From: the human T2T-CHM13v2.0 reference genome, Homo sapiens
Direction of reading: 5' to 3'
DNA length: 64,000 nt
NCBI GenBank assembly: GCA_009914755.4
Contig: CP068257.2
Coordinates: forward strand, 1,760,001 to 1,824,000
In this document: piece by piece, positions 30,601-45,700 of the stretch
Position numbering within the stretch: position 1 is the first letter of the stretch
Layout: every line of letters begins with the position of its first letter
Program-made: the position numbers and the translations under genes
The notes under the pieces: generated by a model
The model's input: the letters and a program-made list of their open reading frames with translations, nothing else
What the model was told of the DNA's origin: nothing
Database searches by the model: none

Positions 30601-31760
30601 ATATTCTATAGTGTACCTAAAATAACAAAGTACACAAACTATAAATTATATACTGTACATAAAATATGAAATTACATTAAATATATATTAGGTACATAAA
30701 ATATGAAAGTACATCAAATATAGATTATACACTGTACATAAAATATCAATGTACCCCAAATATATATTTTATACTCTACATGAAATATCAAAGTTCACAA
30801 ACTATATATTATATACTGTACATAAAATATCAAAGTACCCAAGGTATATATTCTATACTGTACAAAAAATATCAAAGTACCAAAAGCATGTATTATATAC
30901 TGTACATAAAATATGAAAGTACATCAAATATATATTTTATTCTGTACATAAATATGAAAGTACACCAGATATATATTCTATAGTGTACATAAAATATCAA
31001 AGTACCCAAACTATACATTATATACTGTACATAAAATATGAAATTACATCAAATATGTATTATATTAGGTACATAAAATATGAAAGTACATCAAATATAG
31101 ATTATATACTGTACATTAAATATCAAAGTACGCCAAATATATATTATATACTGTACATGAAATATCAAAATTCACAAACTATATATTATATACTGTACAT
31201 AAAATATCAAAGTACCTAAGGTATATATTCTATACTGTACAAAAAATATCAAAGTACCCAAAGCATGTATTATATACTGTATATAAAATATGAAAGTACA
31301 TCAAATATATATTTTATTCTGTACAGAAAATATCAAGGTACACCAGATATATATTCTATAGTGTACATAAAATAACAAAGTACACAAACTATAAATTATA
31401 TACTGTACATAAAATATGAAATTACATCAAATATATATTAGGTACATAAAATATGAAAGTACATCAAATATAGATTATATACTGTACATAAAATATCAAT
31501 GTACCCCAAATATATATTTTATATTCCACATGAAATATCAAAGTTCACAAACCATATATTATATACTGTACATAAAATATCAAAGTACCCAAGGTATACA
31601 TTCTATACTGCACAAAAAATATCAAAACCCAAAACATGTATTATATACTGTATATAAAATATGAAAGTACATCAAATATATATTTTATTCTGTACATAAA
31701 ATATCAAAGTACACCAGATATATATTCTATAGTGTACATAAAATAACAAAGTACACAAAC
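24440..31760. repeat. Segment A, first copy of a near-identical 7321-bp tandem duplication
   Basis: There is a constant offset of 7321 to 31761-39081 across the whole span. Thirteen consecutive ORF-track translations are identical, including two of 362 aa: 24466=31787, 24549=31870, 24838=32159, 25211=32532, 26454=33775, 26813=34134, 27016=34337, 28466=35787, 29331=36652, 29590=36911, 30780=38101, 30983=38304, 31416=38737. Only two mismatches were found by eye: G28290/C35611 (TGTAG versus TGTAC) and A31414/T38735. The boundaries are ambiguous by a few hundred bp, because A ends in sequence that resembles the start of the next unit. Confidence 0.85.
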
Positions 31761-34700
31761 TATAAATTATATACTGTACATAAAATATGAAATTACATCA
31801 AATATATATTAGGTACATAAAATATGAAAGTACATCAAATATAGATTATATACTGTACATAAAATATCAATGTACCCCAAATATATATTTTATACTCTAC
31901 ATGAAATATCAAATTTCACAAACCATATATTATATACTGTACATAAATATCAAAGTACCCAAGGTATGTATTCTATACTGTACAAAAAATATCAAAGTAC
32001 CCAAAGCATGTATTATATACTGTACATAAAATATGAAAGTACATCAAATATATATTTTATTCTGTACATAAAATATCAAAGTACACCAGATATATATTCT
32101 ATAGTGTACATAAAATATCAAAGTACCCAAACTATACATTATACACTGTACATAAAATATGAGATTACATCAAATATATATTAGGTACATTAAATATGAA
32201 AGTACATCAAATATAGATTATATACTGTACATAAAATATCAAAGTACCCCAAATATATATTATATACTCTACATGAAATATCAAAGTTCACAAACTATAT
32301 ATTATATACTGTACATAAAATATCAAAGTACCCAAGGTATATATTCTATACTGTACAAAAGATATCAAAGTACCCAAAGCATGTATTATATACTGTATAT
32401 AAAATATGAAAGTACATTAAATATATATTTTATTCTGTACATAAAATATCAAAGTACACCAGATATATATTCTATAGTGTACATAAAATAACAAAGTACA
32501 CAAACTATACATTATATACTGTACATCAAATATGAAATTACATCAAATATATATTAGGTACATAAAATATGAAAGTGCATCAAATATAGATTATATACTG
32601 TACATAAAATATCAATGTACCCCAAATATATATTTTATACTCTACATGAAATATCAAAGTTCAAAAACCATATATTATATACTGTACATAAAATATCAAA
32701 GTACCCAAGTTATATATTCTATACTGTACAAAAAATATCAAAGTACACAAAGCATGTATTATATACTGTACATAAAATATGAAAGTACATCAAATATATA
32801 TTTTATTCTGTACATAAAATATCAAAGTACACCAGATATATATTCTATAGTGTACATAAAATATCAAAATACCCAAACTATACATTATACACTGTACATA
32901 AAATATGAAATTACATCAAATATATATTATATTAGGTACATAAAATATGAAAGCACATCAAATATAGATTATATACTGAACATTAAATACCAAAGTACCC
33001 CAAATATATATTTTATACTGTACATCAAATATCAAAGTTCACAAACTATATATTATATACTGTACATAAAATATCAAAGTACCCATGGTATATATTCTAT
33101 ACTGTACAAAAAATATCAAAGTACCCAAAGCATGTATTATATACTGTACATAAAATATGAAAGTACATCAAATATATATTTTATTCTGTATATAAAATAT
33201 CAAAGTACACCAGATATATATTCTATAGTGTACATAAAATATCAAAGTACCCAAACTATACATTATATACTGTACATAAAATATGAAATTACATCAAATA
33301 TATATTATATTAGGTACATAAAATATGAAAGTACATCAAATATAGATTATATACTGTACATAAAACATCAAAGTACCCCAAATATATATTATATACTCTA
33401 CATGAAATATCAAAGTTCACAAACTATATATTATATACTGTACATAAAATATCAAAGTACCCAAGGTATATATTCTATACTGTACAAAAAATATCAAAGT
33501 ACCCAAAGCATATATTATATACTGTACATAAAATATGAAAGTACATCAAATATATATTTTATTCTGTACATAAAATATCAAAGTACACCAGATATATATT
33601 CTATAGTGTACATAAAATAACAAAGTACACAAACTATAAATTATATCCTGTACATAAAATATGAAATTACATCAAATATATTTTAGGTACATAAAATATG
33701 AAAGTACATTAAATATAGATTATATACTGTACATATAATATCAATGTACCCCAAATATATATTTAATACTCTACATGAAATATCAAAGTTCACAATCCAT
33801 ACATTATATACTGTACATAAAATATCAAAGTCCCCAAGGTATATATTCTATACTGTACAAAAAATATCAAAGTACCCAAAGCATGTATTATATACTGTAC
33901 ATAAAATATGAAATTACATCAAATATATATTATATTGGGTACATAAAATATGAAAGTACATCAAATATAGATTATATACTGTACATAAAATATCAAAGTA
34001 CCCCAAATATATATTATATACTGTATATGAAATATCAAAGTTCACAACTATATATTACATACTGTACATAAAATATCAAAGTACCCAATTTATATATTCT
34101 ATACTGTACAAAAAATATCAAAGTACCCAAAGCATGTATTATATACTGTACATAAAATATGAAAGTACATCAAATATATATTTTATTCTGTACATAAAAT
34201 ATCAAAGTACAGAAGATATATATTCTATAGTGTACATAAAATATCAAAGTACCCAAACTATACATTATATACTGTACATAAAATATGAAATTACATCAAA
34301 TATGTATTATATTAGGTACATAAAATATGAAAGTACATGAAATATAGATTATATACTGTACATAAAATATCAAAGTACCACAAATTTATATTATATACTA
34401 TATATGAAATATCAAAGTTCACAAACTATATAGTATATACTGTACATAAAATATCAAAGTACCCAAGGTATATATTCTATAGTGTACAAAAAATATCAAA
34501 GTACCCAAAGCATGTATTATATACTGTACATAAAATATAAAATTACATCAAATATATATTTTATTCTGTACATAAAATAGCAAAGTACACCAGATATATA
34601 TACTATAGTGTACATAAAATATCAAAGTACCCAAACTATACATTATACACTGTACATATAATATGAAATTACATCAAATATATATTAGGTACATAAAATA

Positions 34701-37700
34701 TGAAAGTACATCAAATATAGATTCTATACTGTACATATAATATCAATGTACCCCAAATATATATTTTATACTCTACATGAAATATCAAAGTTCACAAACC
34801 ATATATTATATACTGTACATAAAATGTCAAAGTACCCAAGGTATATATTCTATACTGTACAAATAATATCAAAGTACCAAAAGCATGTATTATATACTGT
34901 ACATAAAATATGAAAGTACATCAAATATATATTTTATTCTGTACATAAAATATCAAAGTACACCAGATATATAATCTATAGTGTACATAAAATATCAAAG
35001 TACCCAAACTATACATTATACACTGTACATATAATATGAAATTACATCAAATATGTATTAGGTACATAAAATATGAAAGTACATCAAATATAGATTATAT
35101 ACTGTACATATAATACCAATGTACCACAAATATATATTTTATACTCTACATGAAATATCAAAGTTCACAAACCATATATTATATAATGTACATAAAATAT
35201 CAAAGTACCCAAGGTATATATTCTATACTGTACAAAACATATCAAAGTACCCAAACCATTTATTATATACTGTACATAAAATATGAAAGTACATCAAATA
35301 TATATTTTATTCTGTACATAAAATATCAAAGTACACCAGATATATATTCTATAGTGTACATAAAATATCAAAGTACCCAAACTATACATTATATACTGTA
35401 CATAAAATATGAAATTACATCAAATATATTTTATATTAGGTACATAAAATATGAAACTACATCAAATATAGATTATATACTGTACATTAAATACCAAAGT
35501 ACCCCAAATATATATTTTATACTGTACATGAAATATCAAAGTTCACACACTATATATTATATACTGTACATAAAATATCAAAGTAACCAAGGTATATATT
35601 CTATACTGTACAAAAAATATCAAAGTACCCAAAGCATGTATTATATACTGTACATAAAATATGAAAGTACATCAAATATATATTTTATTCTGTACATAAA
35701 ATATCAAAGTACACCAGATATATATTCTATAGTGTACATAAAATAACAAAGTACACAAACTATACATTATATACTGTACATAAAATATGAAATTACATCA
35801 AATATATATTAGGTACATAAAATATGAAAGTACATCAAATATAGATTACATACTGTACATAAAATATCAATGTACCCCAAATATATATTTTATACTCTAT
35901 ATGAAATATCAAAGTTCACAAACCATATATTATATACTGTACATAAAATATCAAAGTACCCAAGGTATATATTCTATACTATACAAAAAATATCAAAGTA
36001 CCCAAAGCATGTGTTATATACTGTACATAAAATATGAAAGTACATCAAATATATATTTTATTCTGTACATAAAATATCAAAGTACACCAGATATATATTC
36101 TATAGTGTACATAAAATATCAAAATACCCAAACTATACATTATATACTGTACATAAAATATGAGATTACATCAAATATATATTATATTAGGTACATAAAA
36201 TATGAAAGTACATCAAATATAGATTATATACTGTACATAAAATATCAAAGTACCCCAAATATACATTATATACTCTACATGAAATATCAAAGTTCACAAA
36301 CTATATATTATATACTGTACATAAAATATCAAAGTACCCAAGGTATATATTCTATACTGTACAAAAAATATCAAAGTACCCAAAGCATGTATTATATACT
36401 GTATATAAAATAAGAAAGTACATTAAATATATATTTTATTCTGTACATAAAATATCAAAGTACACCAGATATATATTCTATAGTGTACATAAAATAACAA
36501 AGTACACAAACTATAAATTATATACTGTACATAAAATATGAAATTACATCAAATATATATTAGGTACATAAAATATGAAAGTACATCAAATATAGATTAT
36601 ATACTGTACATATAATATCAATGTACCCCAAATATATATTTTATACTCTACATGAAATATCAAAGTTCACAAACCGTACATTATATACTGTACATAAAAT
36701 ATCAAAGTACCCAAGGTATATATTCTATACTGTACAAAAAATATCAAAGTACCCAAAGCATGTATTATATACTGTACATAAAATATGAAAGTACATCAAA
36801 TATATATTTTATTCTGTACATAAAATATCAAAGTACACCAGATATATATTCTATAGTGTACATAAAGTAACAAAGTACACAAACTATACATTATATACTG
36901 TACATAAAATATGAAATTACATCAAATATATATCAGGTACATAAAATATGAAAGTACATCAAATATAGATTATATACTGTACATAAAATATCAATGGACC
37001 CCAAATATATATTTTATACTCTACATGAAATATGAAAGTTCACCAACCATATATTATATACTGTACATAAAATATCAAAGTACCCAATGTATATATTCTA
37101 TACTATACAAAAAATATCAAAGTACCCAAAGCATGTATTATATACTGTACATAATATATGAAAGTACATCAAATATATATCTTATTCTGTACATAAAATA
37201 TCAAAGTACCCAAACTATACATTATATACTGTACATAAAATATGAAATTACATCAAATATATATTAGGTACATAAAATATGAAAGTACATCAAATATAGA
37301 TTATATACTGTACATAAAATATCAAAGTACCCCAAATATATATTATATACTCTACATGAAATATCAAAGTTCACAAACTATATATTATATACTGTACATA
37401 TAATATGAAAGTACCCAAGGTATATATTCTATACTGTACAAAAAATATCAAAGTACCAAAAGCATGTATTATATACTGTACATAAAATATGAAAGTACAT
37501 TAAATATATATTTTATTCTGTACATAAAATATCAAAGTACACCAGATATATATTCTATAGTGTACATAAAATAACAAAGTACACAAACTATAAATTATAT
37601 ACTGTACATAAAATATGAAATTACATCAAATATATATTAGGTACATAAAATATGAAAGTACATCAAATATAGATTATATACTGTACATAAAATATCAAAG

Positions 37701-39081
37701 TACCCCAAATATATATTATATAGTGTACATGAAATATCAAAGTTCACAACTATATATTATATACTGTACATAAAATATCAAAGTCCCCAAGGTATATATT
37801 CTATACTGTACAAAAAATATCAAAGTACCCAAAGCATGTATTATATACTGTACATAAAATATGAAAGTACATCAAATATATATTTTATTCTGTACATAAA
37901 ATACCAAAGTACACCAGATATATATTCTATAGTGTACCTAAAATAACAAAGTACACAAACTATAAATTATATACTGTACATAAAATATGAAATTACATTA
38001 AATATATATTAGGTACATAAAATATGAAAGTACATCAAATATAGATTATACACTGTACATAAAATATCAATGTACCCCAAATATATATTTTATACTCTAC
38101 ATGAAATATCAAAGTTCACAAACTATATATTATATACTGTACATAAAATATCAAAGTACCCAAGGTATATATTCTATACTGTACAAAAAATATCAAAGTA
38201 CCAAAAGCATGTATTATATACTGTACATAAAATATGAAAGTACATCAAATATATATTTTATTCTGTACATAAATATGAAAGTACACCAGATATATATTCT
38301 ATAGTGTACATAAAATATCAAAGTACCCAAACTATACATTATATACTGTACATAAAATATGAAATTACATCAAATATGTATTATATTAGGTACATAAAAT
38401 ATGAAAGTACATCAAATATAGATTATATACTGTACATTAAATATCAAAGTACGCCAAATATATATTATATACTGTACATGAAATATCAAAATTCACAAAC
38501 TATATATTATATACTGTACATAAAATATCAAAGTACCTAAGGTATATATTCTATACTGTACAAAAAATATCAAAGTACCCAAAGCATGTATTATATACTG
38601 TATATAAAATATGAAAGTACATCAAATATATATTTTATTCTGTACAGAAAATATCAAGGTACACCAGATATATATTCTATAGTGTACATAAAATAACAAA
38701 GTACACAAACTATAAATTATATACTGTACATAAATTATGAAATTACATCAAATATATATTAGGTACATAAAATATGAAAGTACATCAAATATAGATTATA
38801 TACTGTACATAAAATATCAATGTACCCCAAATATATATTTTATATTCCACATGAAATATCAAAGTTCACAAACCATATATTATATACTGTACATAAAATA
38901 TCAAAGTACCCAAGGTATACATTCTATACTGCACAAAAAATATCAAAACCCAAAACATGTATTATATACTGTATATAAAATATGAAAGTACATCAAATAT
39001 ATATTTTATTCTGTACATAAAATATCAAAGTACACCAGATATATATTCTATAGTGTACATAAAATAACAAAGTACACAAAC
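31761..39081. repeat. Segment A-prime, second copy of the 7321-bp tandem duplication
   Basis: See segment A. A-prime ends near 39120. After that point ATATATTATGTAC and GTTCATC (39128-39150) match block B at 430-450 and no longer match the start of A-prime. Confidence 0.85.
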
Positions 39082-42000
39082 TATAAATTATATACTGTAC
39101 ATAAAATATGAAATTACATCAAATATATATTATGTACATAAAATATGAAAGTTCATCAAATATAGATTATATACTGTACATATAATATCAATGTACCCCA
39201 AATATATATTTTGTACTCTACATGAAATATCAAAGTTCACAAACCATATATTATATACTGTACATAAAATATCAAAGTACCCAAGGTATATATTCTACAC
39301 TGTACAAAAAATATCAAAGTACCCAAAGCATGTATTATATACTGTACATAAAATATGAAAGTACATCAAATATATATTTTATTCTGTACATAAAATATCA
39401 ATGTACACCAGATATATATTCTATAGTGTACATAAAATATCAAAGTACCCAAACTATACATTATATACTGTACATAAAATATGAAATTACATCAAATATA
39501 TATTATATTAGGTACATAAAATATGAAAGTACATCAAATATAGATTATATACAGTACATTAAATACCAAAGTACCCCAAATATATATTTTATACTGTACA
39601 TGAAATATCGAAGTTCACAAACTATATATTATATACTGTATATAAAATATCAAAGTTCCCAAGGTATATATTCTATACTGTAGAAAAAATATCAAAGTAC
39701 CCAAAGCATGTATTATATACTGTATATAAAATATGAAATTACATCAAATATATATTTTATTCTGTACATAAAATATCAAAGTATACCAGATATATATTCT
39801 ATAGTGTACATAAAATATCAAAGTACCCAAACTATACATTATATACTGTACATAAAATATGAAATTACATCAAATATATATTAGGTACATAAAATATGAA
39901 AGTACATCAAATATAGATTATATACTGTACATGAAATACCAAAGTAACCCAAATATATATTATATACTGTACATGAAATATCAAAGTTCACAAACTATAT
40001 ATTATATACTGTACATAAAATATCAAAGTACCCAAGGTATATATTCTATACTATACAAAAAATATCAAAGTACCCAAAGCATGTATTATATACGGTACAT
40101 AAAATATGAAAGTACATCAAATATATATTTTATTCTGTACATAAAATATCAAAGTACACCAGATATATATTCTATAGTGTACATAAAATAACAAAGTACA
40201 CAAACTATAAATTATATACTGTACATAAAATATGAAATTACATCAAATATATATTAGGTACATAAAATGTGAAAGTACATCAAATATAGATTATATACTG
40301 TACATAAAATATCAATGTACCCCAATTATATATTTTATACTCCACATGAAATATCAAAGTTCACAAACCATATATTATATACTGTACATAAAATATCAAA
40401 GTACCCAAGGTATACATTCTATACTGCACAAAAAATATCAAAGTACCCAAAACATGTATTATATACTGTATATAAAATATGAAAGTACATCAAATATATA
40501 TTTTATTCTGTACATAAAATATCAAAGTACACCAGATATATATTCTATAGTGTACATAAAATATCAAAGTACCCAAACTATACATTATATACTGTACATA
40601 AAATATGAAACTACATCAAATATATATTAGGTACATAAAATATGAAAGTATATCAAATATAGATTATATACTGTACATATAATATCAATGTTCCGCAAAT
40701 ATATATTTTGTACTCTACATGAAATATCAAAGTTCACAAACCATATATTATATACTGTACATAAAATATCAAAGTACCCAAGGTATATATTCTCTACTGT
40801 ACAAAAAATATCAAAGTACCCAAAGCATGTATTATATACTGTACATAAAATATGAAAGTACATCAAATATATATTTTATTCTGTACATAAAATATCAAAG
40901 TACACCAGATATATATTCTATAGTGTACATAAAATATCAAAGTACCCAAACTATACATTATATACTGTACATAAAATATGAAATTACATCAAATATATAT
41001 TATATTAGGTACATAAAATATGAAAGTACATCAAATATAGATTATATACTGTCCATAAAATATCAAAGTACCCAAGGTATATATTCTATACTGTACATAA
41101 AATATCAAAGTACCCAATCTATACATTATATACTGTACATAAAATATGAAATTACATCAAATATATATTAGGTATATAAAATATGAAAGTACATCAAATA
41201 CAGATTATATACTGTACATAAAATATCAATGTACCCCAAATATATATTTTATACTCTACATGAAATATCAAAGTTCACAAACCTTATATTATATACTGTA
41301 CATAAAATATCAAAGCACCCAAAGCATGTATTATATACTGTACATAAAATATGAAAGTACATCAATTATATATTTTATTCTGTACATAAAATATCAAAGT
41401 ACACCAGGTATATATTCTATAGTGTACATAAAATATCAAAGTACCCAAACTATACATTATATACTGTACATAAAATATGAAGTTACATCAAATATATATT
41501 ATATTAGGTACATAAAATATGAAAGTACATCAAATATAGATTATATACTATACATTAAATACCAAAGTACCCCAAATATATATTTTATACTGTACATGAA
41601 ATATCGAAGTTCACAAACTATATATTATATACTGTACATAAAATATCAAAGTTCCCAAGGTATATATTCTATACTGTACAAAAAATATCAAAGTACCCAA
41701 AGCATGTATTATATACTGTATATAAAATATGAAATTACATCAAATATATATTTTATTCTGTACATAAAATATCAAAGTATACCAGATATATATTCTATAG
41801 TGTACATAAAATATCAAAGTACCCAAACTATACATTATATACTGTACATAAAATATGAAATTACATCAAATATATATTAGGTACATAAAATATGAAAGTA
41901 CATCAAATATAGATTATATACTGTACATGAAATACCAAAGTAACCCAAATATATATTATATACTGTACATGAAATATCAAAGTTCACAAACTATATATTA

Positions 42001-43150
42001 TATACTGTACATAAAATATCAAAGTACCCAAGGTATACATTCTATACTGCACAAAAAATATGAAAGTACCCAAAACATGTATTATATACTGTACATAAAA
42101 TATGAAAGTACATCAAATATATATTTTATTCTGTACATAAAATATCAAAGTACACCAGATATATATTCTATAGTGTACATAAAATATCAAATTACCCAAA
42201 CTATACATTATATACTGTACATAAAATATGAAATTACATAAAATATATATTATATTATGTACATGAAATATGAAAGTACATCAAATATAGATTATATACT
42301 GTACATAAAATATCAAAGTACCCAAATATATATTACATACTCTACATGAAATATCAAAGTTCACAAACTATATATTATATACTGTACATAACATATCAAA
42401 GTACCGAAGGTATATATTCTATACTGTACAAAAAATATCAATGTACCCAAAGCATGTATTATATATTGTATATAAAATATGAAAGTACATCAAATATATA
42501 TTTTATTCTGTACATAAAATATCAAAGTATACCAGATATATATTCTATACTGTACATAAAATATCAAAATACCCAAACTATACATTATATACTGTACATA
42601 AAATATGAAATTACATCAAATATATATTAGGTACATAAAATATGAAAGTACATCAAATATAGATTATATACTGTACATTAAATATCAAAGTACCCGAAAT
42701 ATATATTATATACTGTACATGAAATATCAAAGTTCACAAACTATATATTATATACTGTACATAAAATATCAAAGTACCCAAGGTATATATTCTATACTGT
42801 ACAAAAAATATCAAAGTACCCAAAGCATGTATTATATACTGTACATAAAATATGAAAGTACATCAAATATATATTTTATTCTGTACATAAAATATCAAAG
42901 TACACCAGATATATATTCTATAGTGTACATAAAATAACAAAGTACAAAAACTATAAATTATATACTGTACATAAAATATGAAATTACAACAAATATATAT
43001 TAGGTACATAAAATATGAAAGTACATCAAATATAGATTATATACTGTACATATAATATCAATGTACCCCAAATATATATTTTATTCTCTACATGAAATAT
43101 AAAGTATCACAAACCATATATTATATACTGTACATAAAATATCAAAGTAC
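38703..43150. repeat. Block B-prime (copy of 1-3250) carrying an additional internal ~1.25-kb duplication (about 41050-42300)
   Basis: The offset to B is 38702 up to about 41050 and 39952 from about 42233 onward. The extra stretch repeats material from about 39400-40250 of B-prime itself, at an offset of about 1993-1996. ATATCGAAGTTCAC is at 39606 and 41593. The identical translations MKLHQ...LYMKYQSNPNIYYILYMKY occur at 39859 and 41855. Confidence 0.75.
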
Positions 43151-44299
43151 CCAAGGTATATATTCTATACTGTACAAAAAATATCAAAGTACCCAAAGCA
43201 TGTATTATACACTGTACATAAAATATGAAAGTACATCAAATATATATTTTATTCTGTACATAAAATATCAAAGTACACCAGATATATATTCTATAGTGTA
43301 CATAAAATATCAATTTACCCAAACTATACATTATATACTGTACATAAAATATGAAATTATATCAAATATTTATTATATTAGGTACATAAAATATGAAAGT
43401 ACATCAAATATAGATTATATACTGTACATAAAATATCAAAGTACCCCAAATATATATTATATACTCTACATGAAATATCAAAGTTCACAAACTATATATT
43501 ATATACTGTACATAAAATATCAAAGTACCCAAGGTATATATTCTATATTGTACAAAAAATATCAAAGTACCCAAAGCATGTATTATATACTATATATAAA
43601 ATATGAAAGTACATCAAATATATATTTTATTCTGTTCATAACATATCAAAGTACACCAGATATATATTCTATAGTGTACATAAAATATCAAAGTACCCAA
43701 ACTATAAATTATATACTGTACATAAAATATGAAATTACATCAAATATATATTAGGTACATAAAATATGAATGTACATCAAATATAGATTATATACTGTAC
43801 ATAAAATATCAAAGTACCCCAAATATATATTATATACTCTACATGAAATATCAAAGTTCACACACTATATATTATATACTGTACATAAAATATCAAAGTA
43901 CCCAAGGTATATATTCTATACTGTACAAAAAATATCAAAGTACCCAAACCATGTATTATATACTGTACATAAAATATGAAAGTACATCAAATATATATTT
44001 TATTCTGTACATAAAATATCAAAGTACACCAGATATATATTCTATAGTGTACATAAAATAACAAAGTACACAAACTATACATTATATACTGTACATAAAA
44101 TATGAAATTACATCAAATATATATTAGGTACATAAAATATGAAAGTACATCAAATATAGATTATACACTGTACATAAAATATCAATGTACCCCAAATATA
44201 TATTTTATACTCTACATGAAATATCAAAGTTCACAAACTATATATTATATACTGTACATAAAATATCAAAGTACCCAAGGTATATATACTATACTGTAC

Positions 44300-45700
44300 A
44301 AAAAATATCAAAGTACCCAAAGCATGTATTATATACTGTACCTAAAATATGAAAGTACATCAAATATATATTTTATTCTGTACATAAAATATCAAAGTAC
44401 ACCAGATATATATTCTATAGTGTACATAAAATATCAAAGTACCCAAACTATACATTATATACTGTACATGAAATATGAAATTACATCAAATATATATTAT
44501 ATTAGGAACATAAAATATGAAAGTACATCAAATATAGATTATACACTGTACATAAAATATCAAAGTACCCCAAATATATATTATATACTCTACATGAAAT
44601 ATCAAAGTTCACAAACTATATATTATATACTGTACATAAAATAAAGTCCCCAAGGTATATATTCTATACTGAAGAAAAAATATCAAAGTACCCAAAGCAT
44701 GTATTATATACTGTATATAAAATATGAAAGTACATCAAATATATATTTTATTCTGTACATAATATATCAAAGTACACCAGATATATATTCTATAGTGTAC
44801 ATAAAATAACAAAGTACAAAAACTATAAATTATATACTGTACATAAAATATGAAATTACATCAAATATATATTAGGTACATAAAATATGAAAGTACATCA
44901 AATATAGATTATATACTGCACATAAAATATCAATGTACCCCAAATATATATTTTATACTGTACATGAAATATCAAAGTTCACAAACCATATATTATATAC
45001 TGTACATAAAATATCAAAGTACCCAAGGTATATATTCTATACTATACAAAAAATATCAAAGTACCCAAAGCATGTATTATATACTGTACATAAAATATGA
45101 AAGTACATCAAATATATATTTTATTCTGTACATAAAATATTAAAGTACACCAGATATATATTCTATAGTGTACATAAAATATCAAAGTACCCAAACTTTA
45201 CATTATATACTGTACATATAATAAGAAATTACATCAAATATATATTATATTAGGTACATAAAATATGAAAGTACATCAAATATAGATTATATACCGTACG
45301 TAAAATATCAAAGTACCACAAATATATATTATATACTCTACATGAAATATCAAAGTTCACAAACTATATATTATATACTGTACATAAAATATCAAAGTAC
45401 CCAAAGTATATATTCTATACTGTACAAAAGATATCAAAGTACCCAAAGCATGTATTATATACTGTACATAAAATATGAAAGTACATCAAATATATATTTT
45501 ATTCTGTACATAAAATATCAAAGTACACCAGATATATATTCTATAGTGTACATAAAATATCAAAGTACCCAAACTATACATTATATACTGTACATAAAAT
45601 ATGAAATTACATCAAATATATATTATATTATGTACATAAAATATGAAAGTACATCAAATATAGATTATACACTGTACATAAAATATCAAAGTACCCCAAA
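44300..45700. repeat. Segment R, duplicated 4504 bp downstream (48800-50200), moderately diverged
   Basis: Shared rare variants include ILYMKYEIT...IRNIKY, which marks the TGTACATGAAATATGAAATTACATC and AGGAACATAAAAT variants. They lie at 44461/44513 and 48965/49017. 44850=49354 (1 aa different) and 45342~49846. The AAAATAAAGTCCCC deletion monomer is at 44639 and 49142. Similarity is lost upstream of about 44300 and downstream of about 45700. Confidence 0.65.
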
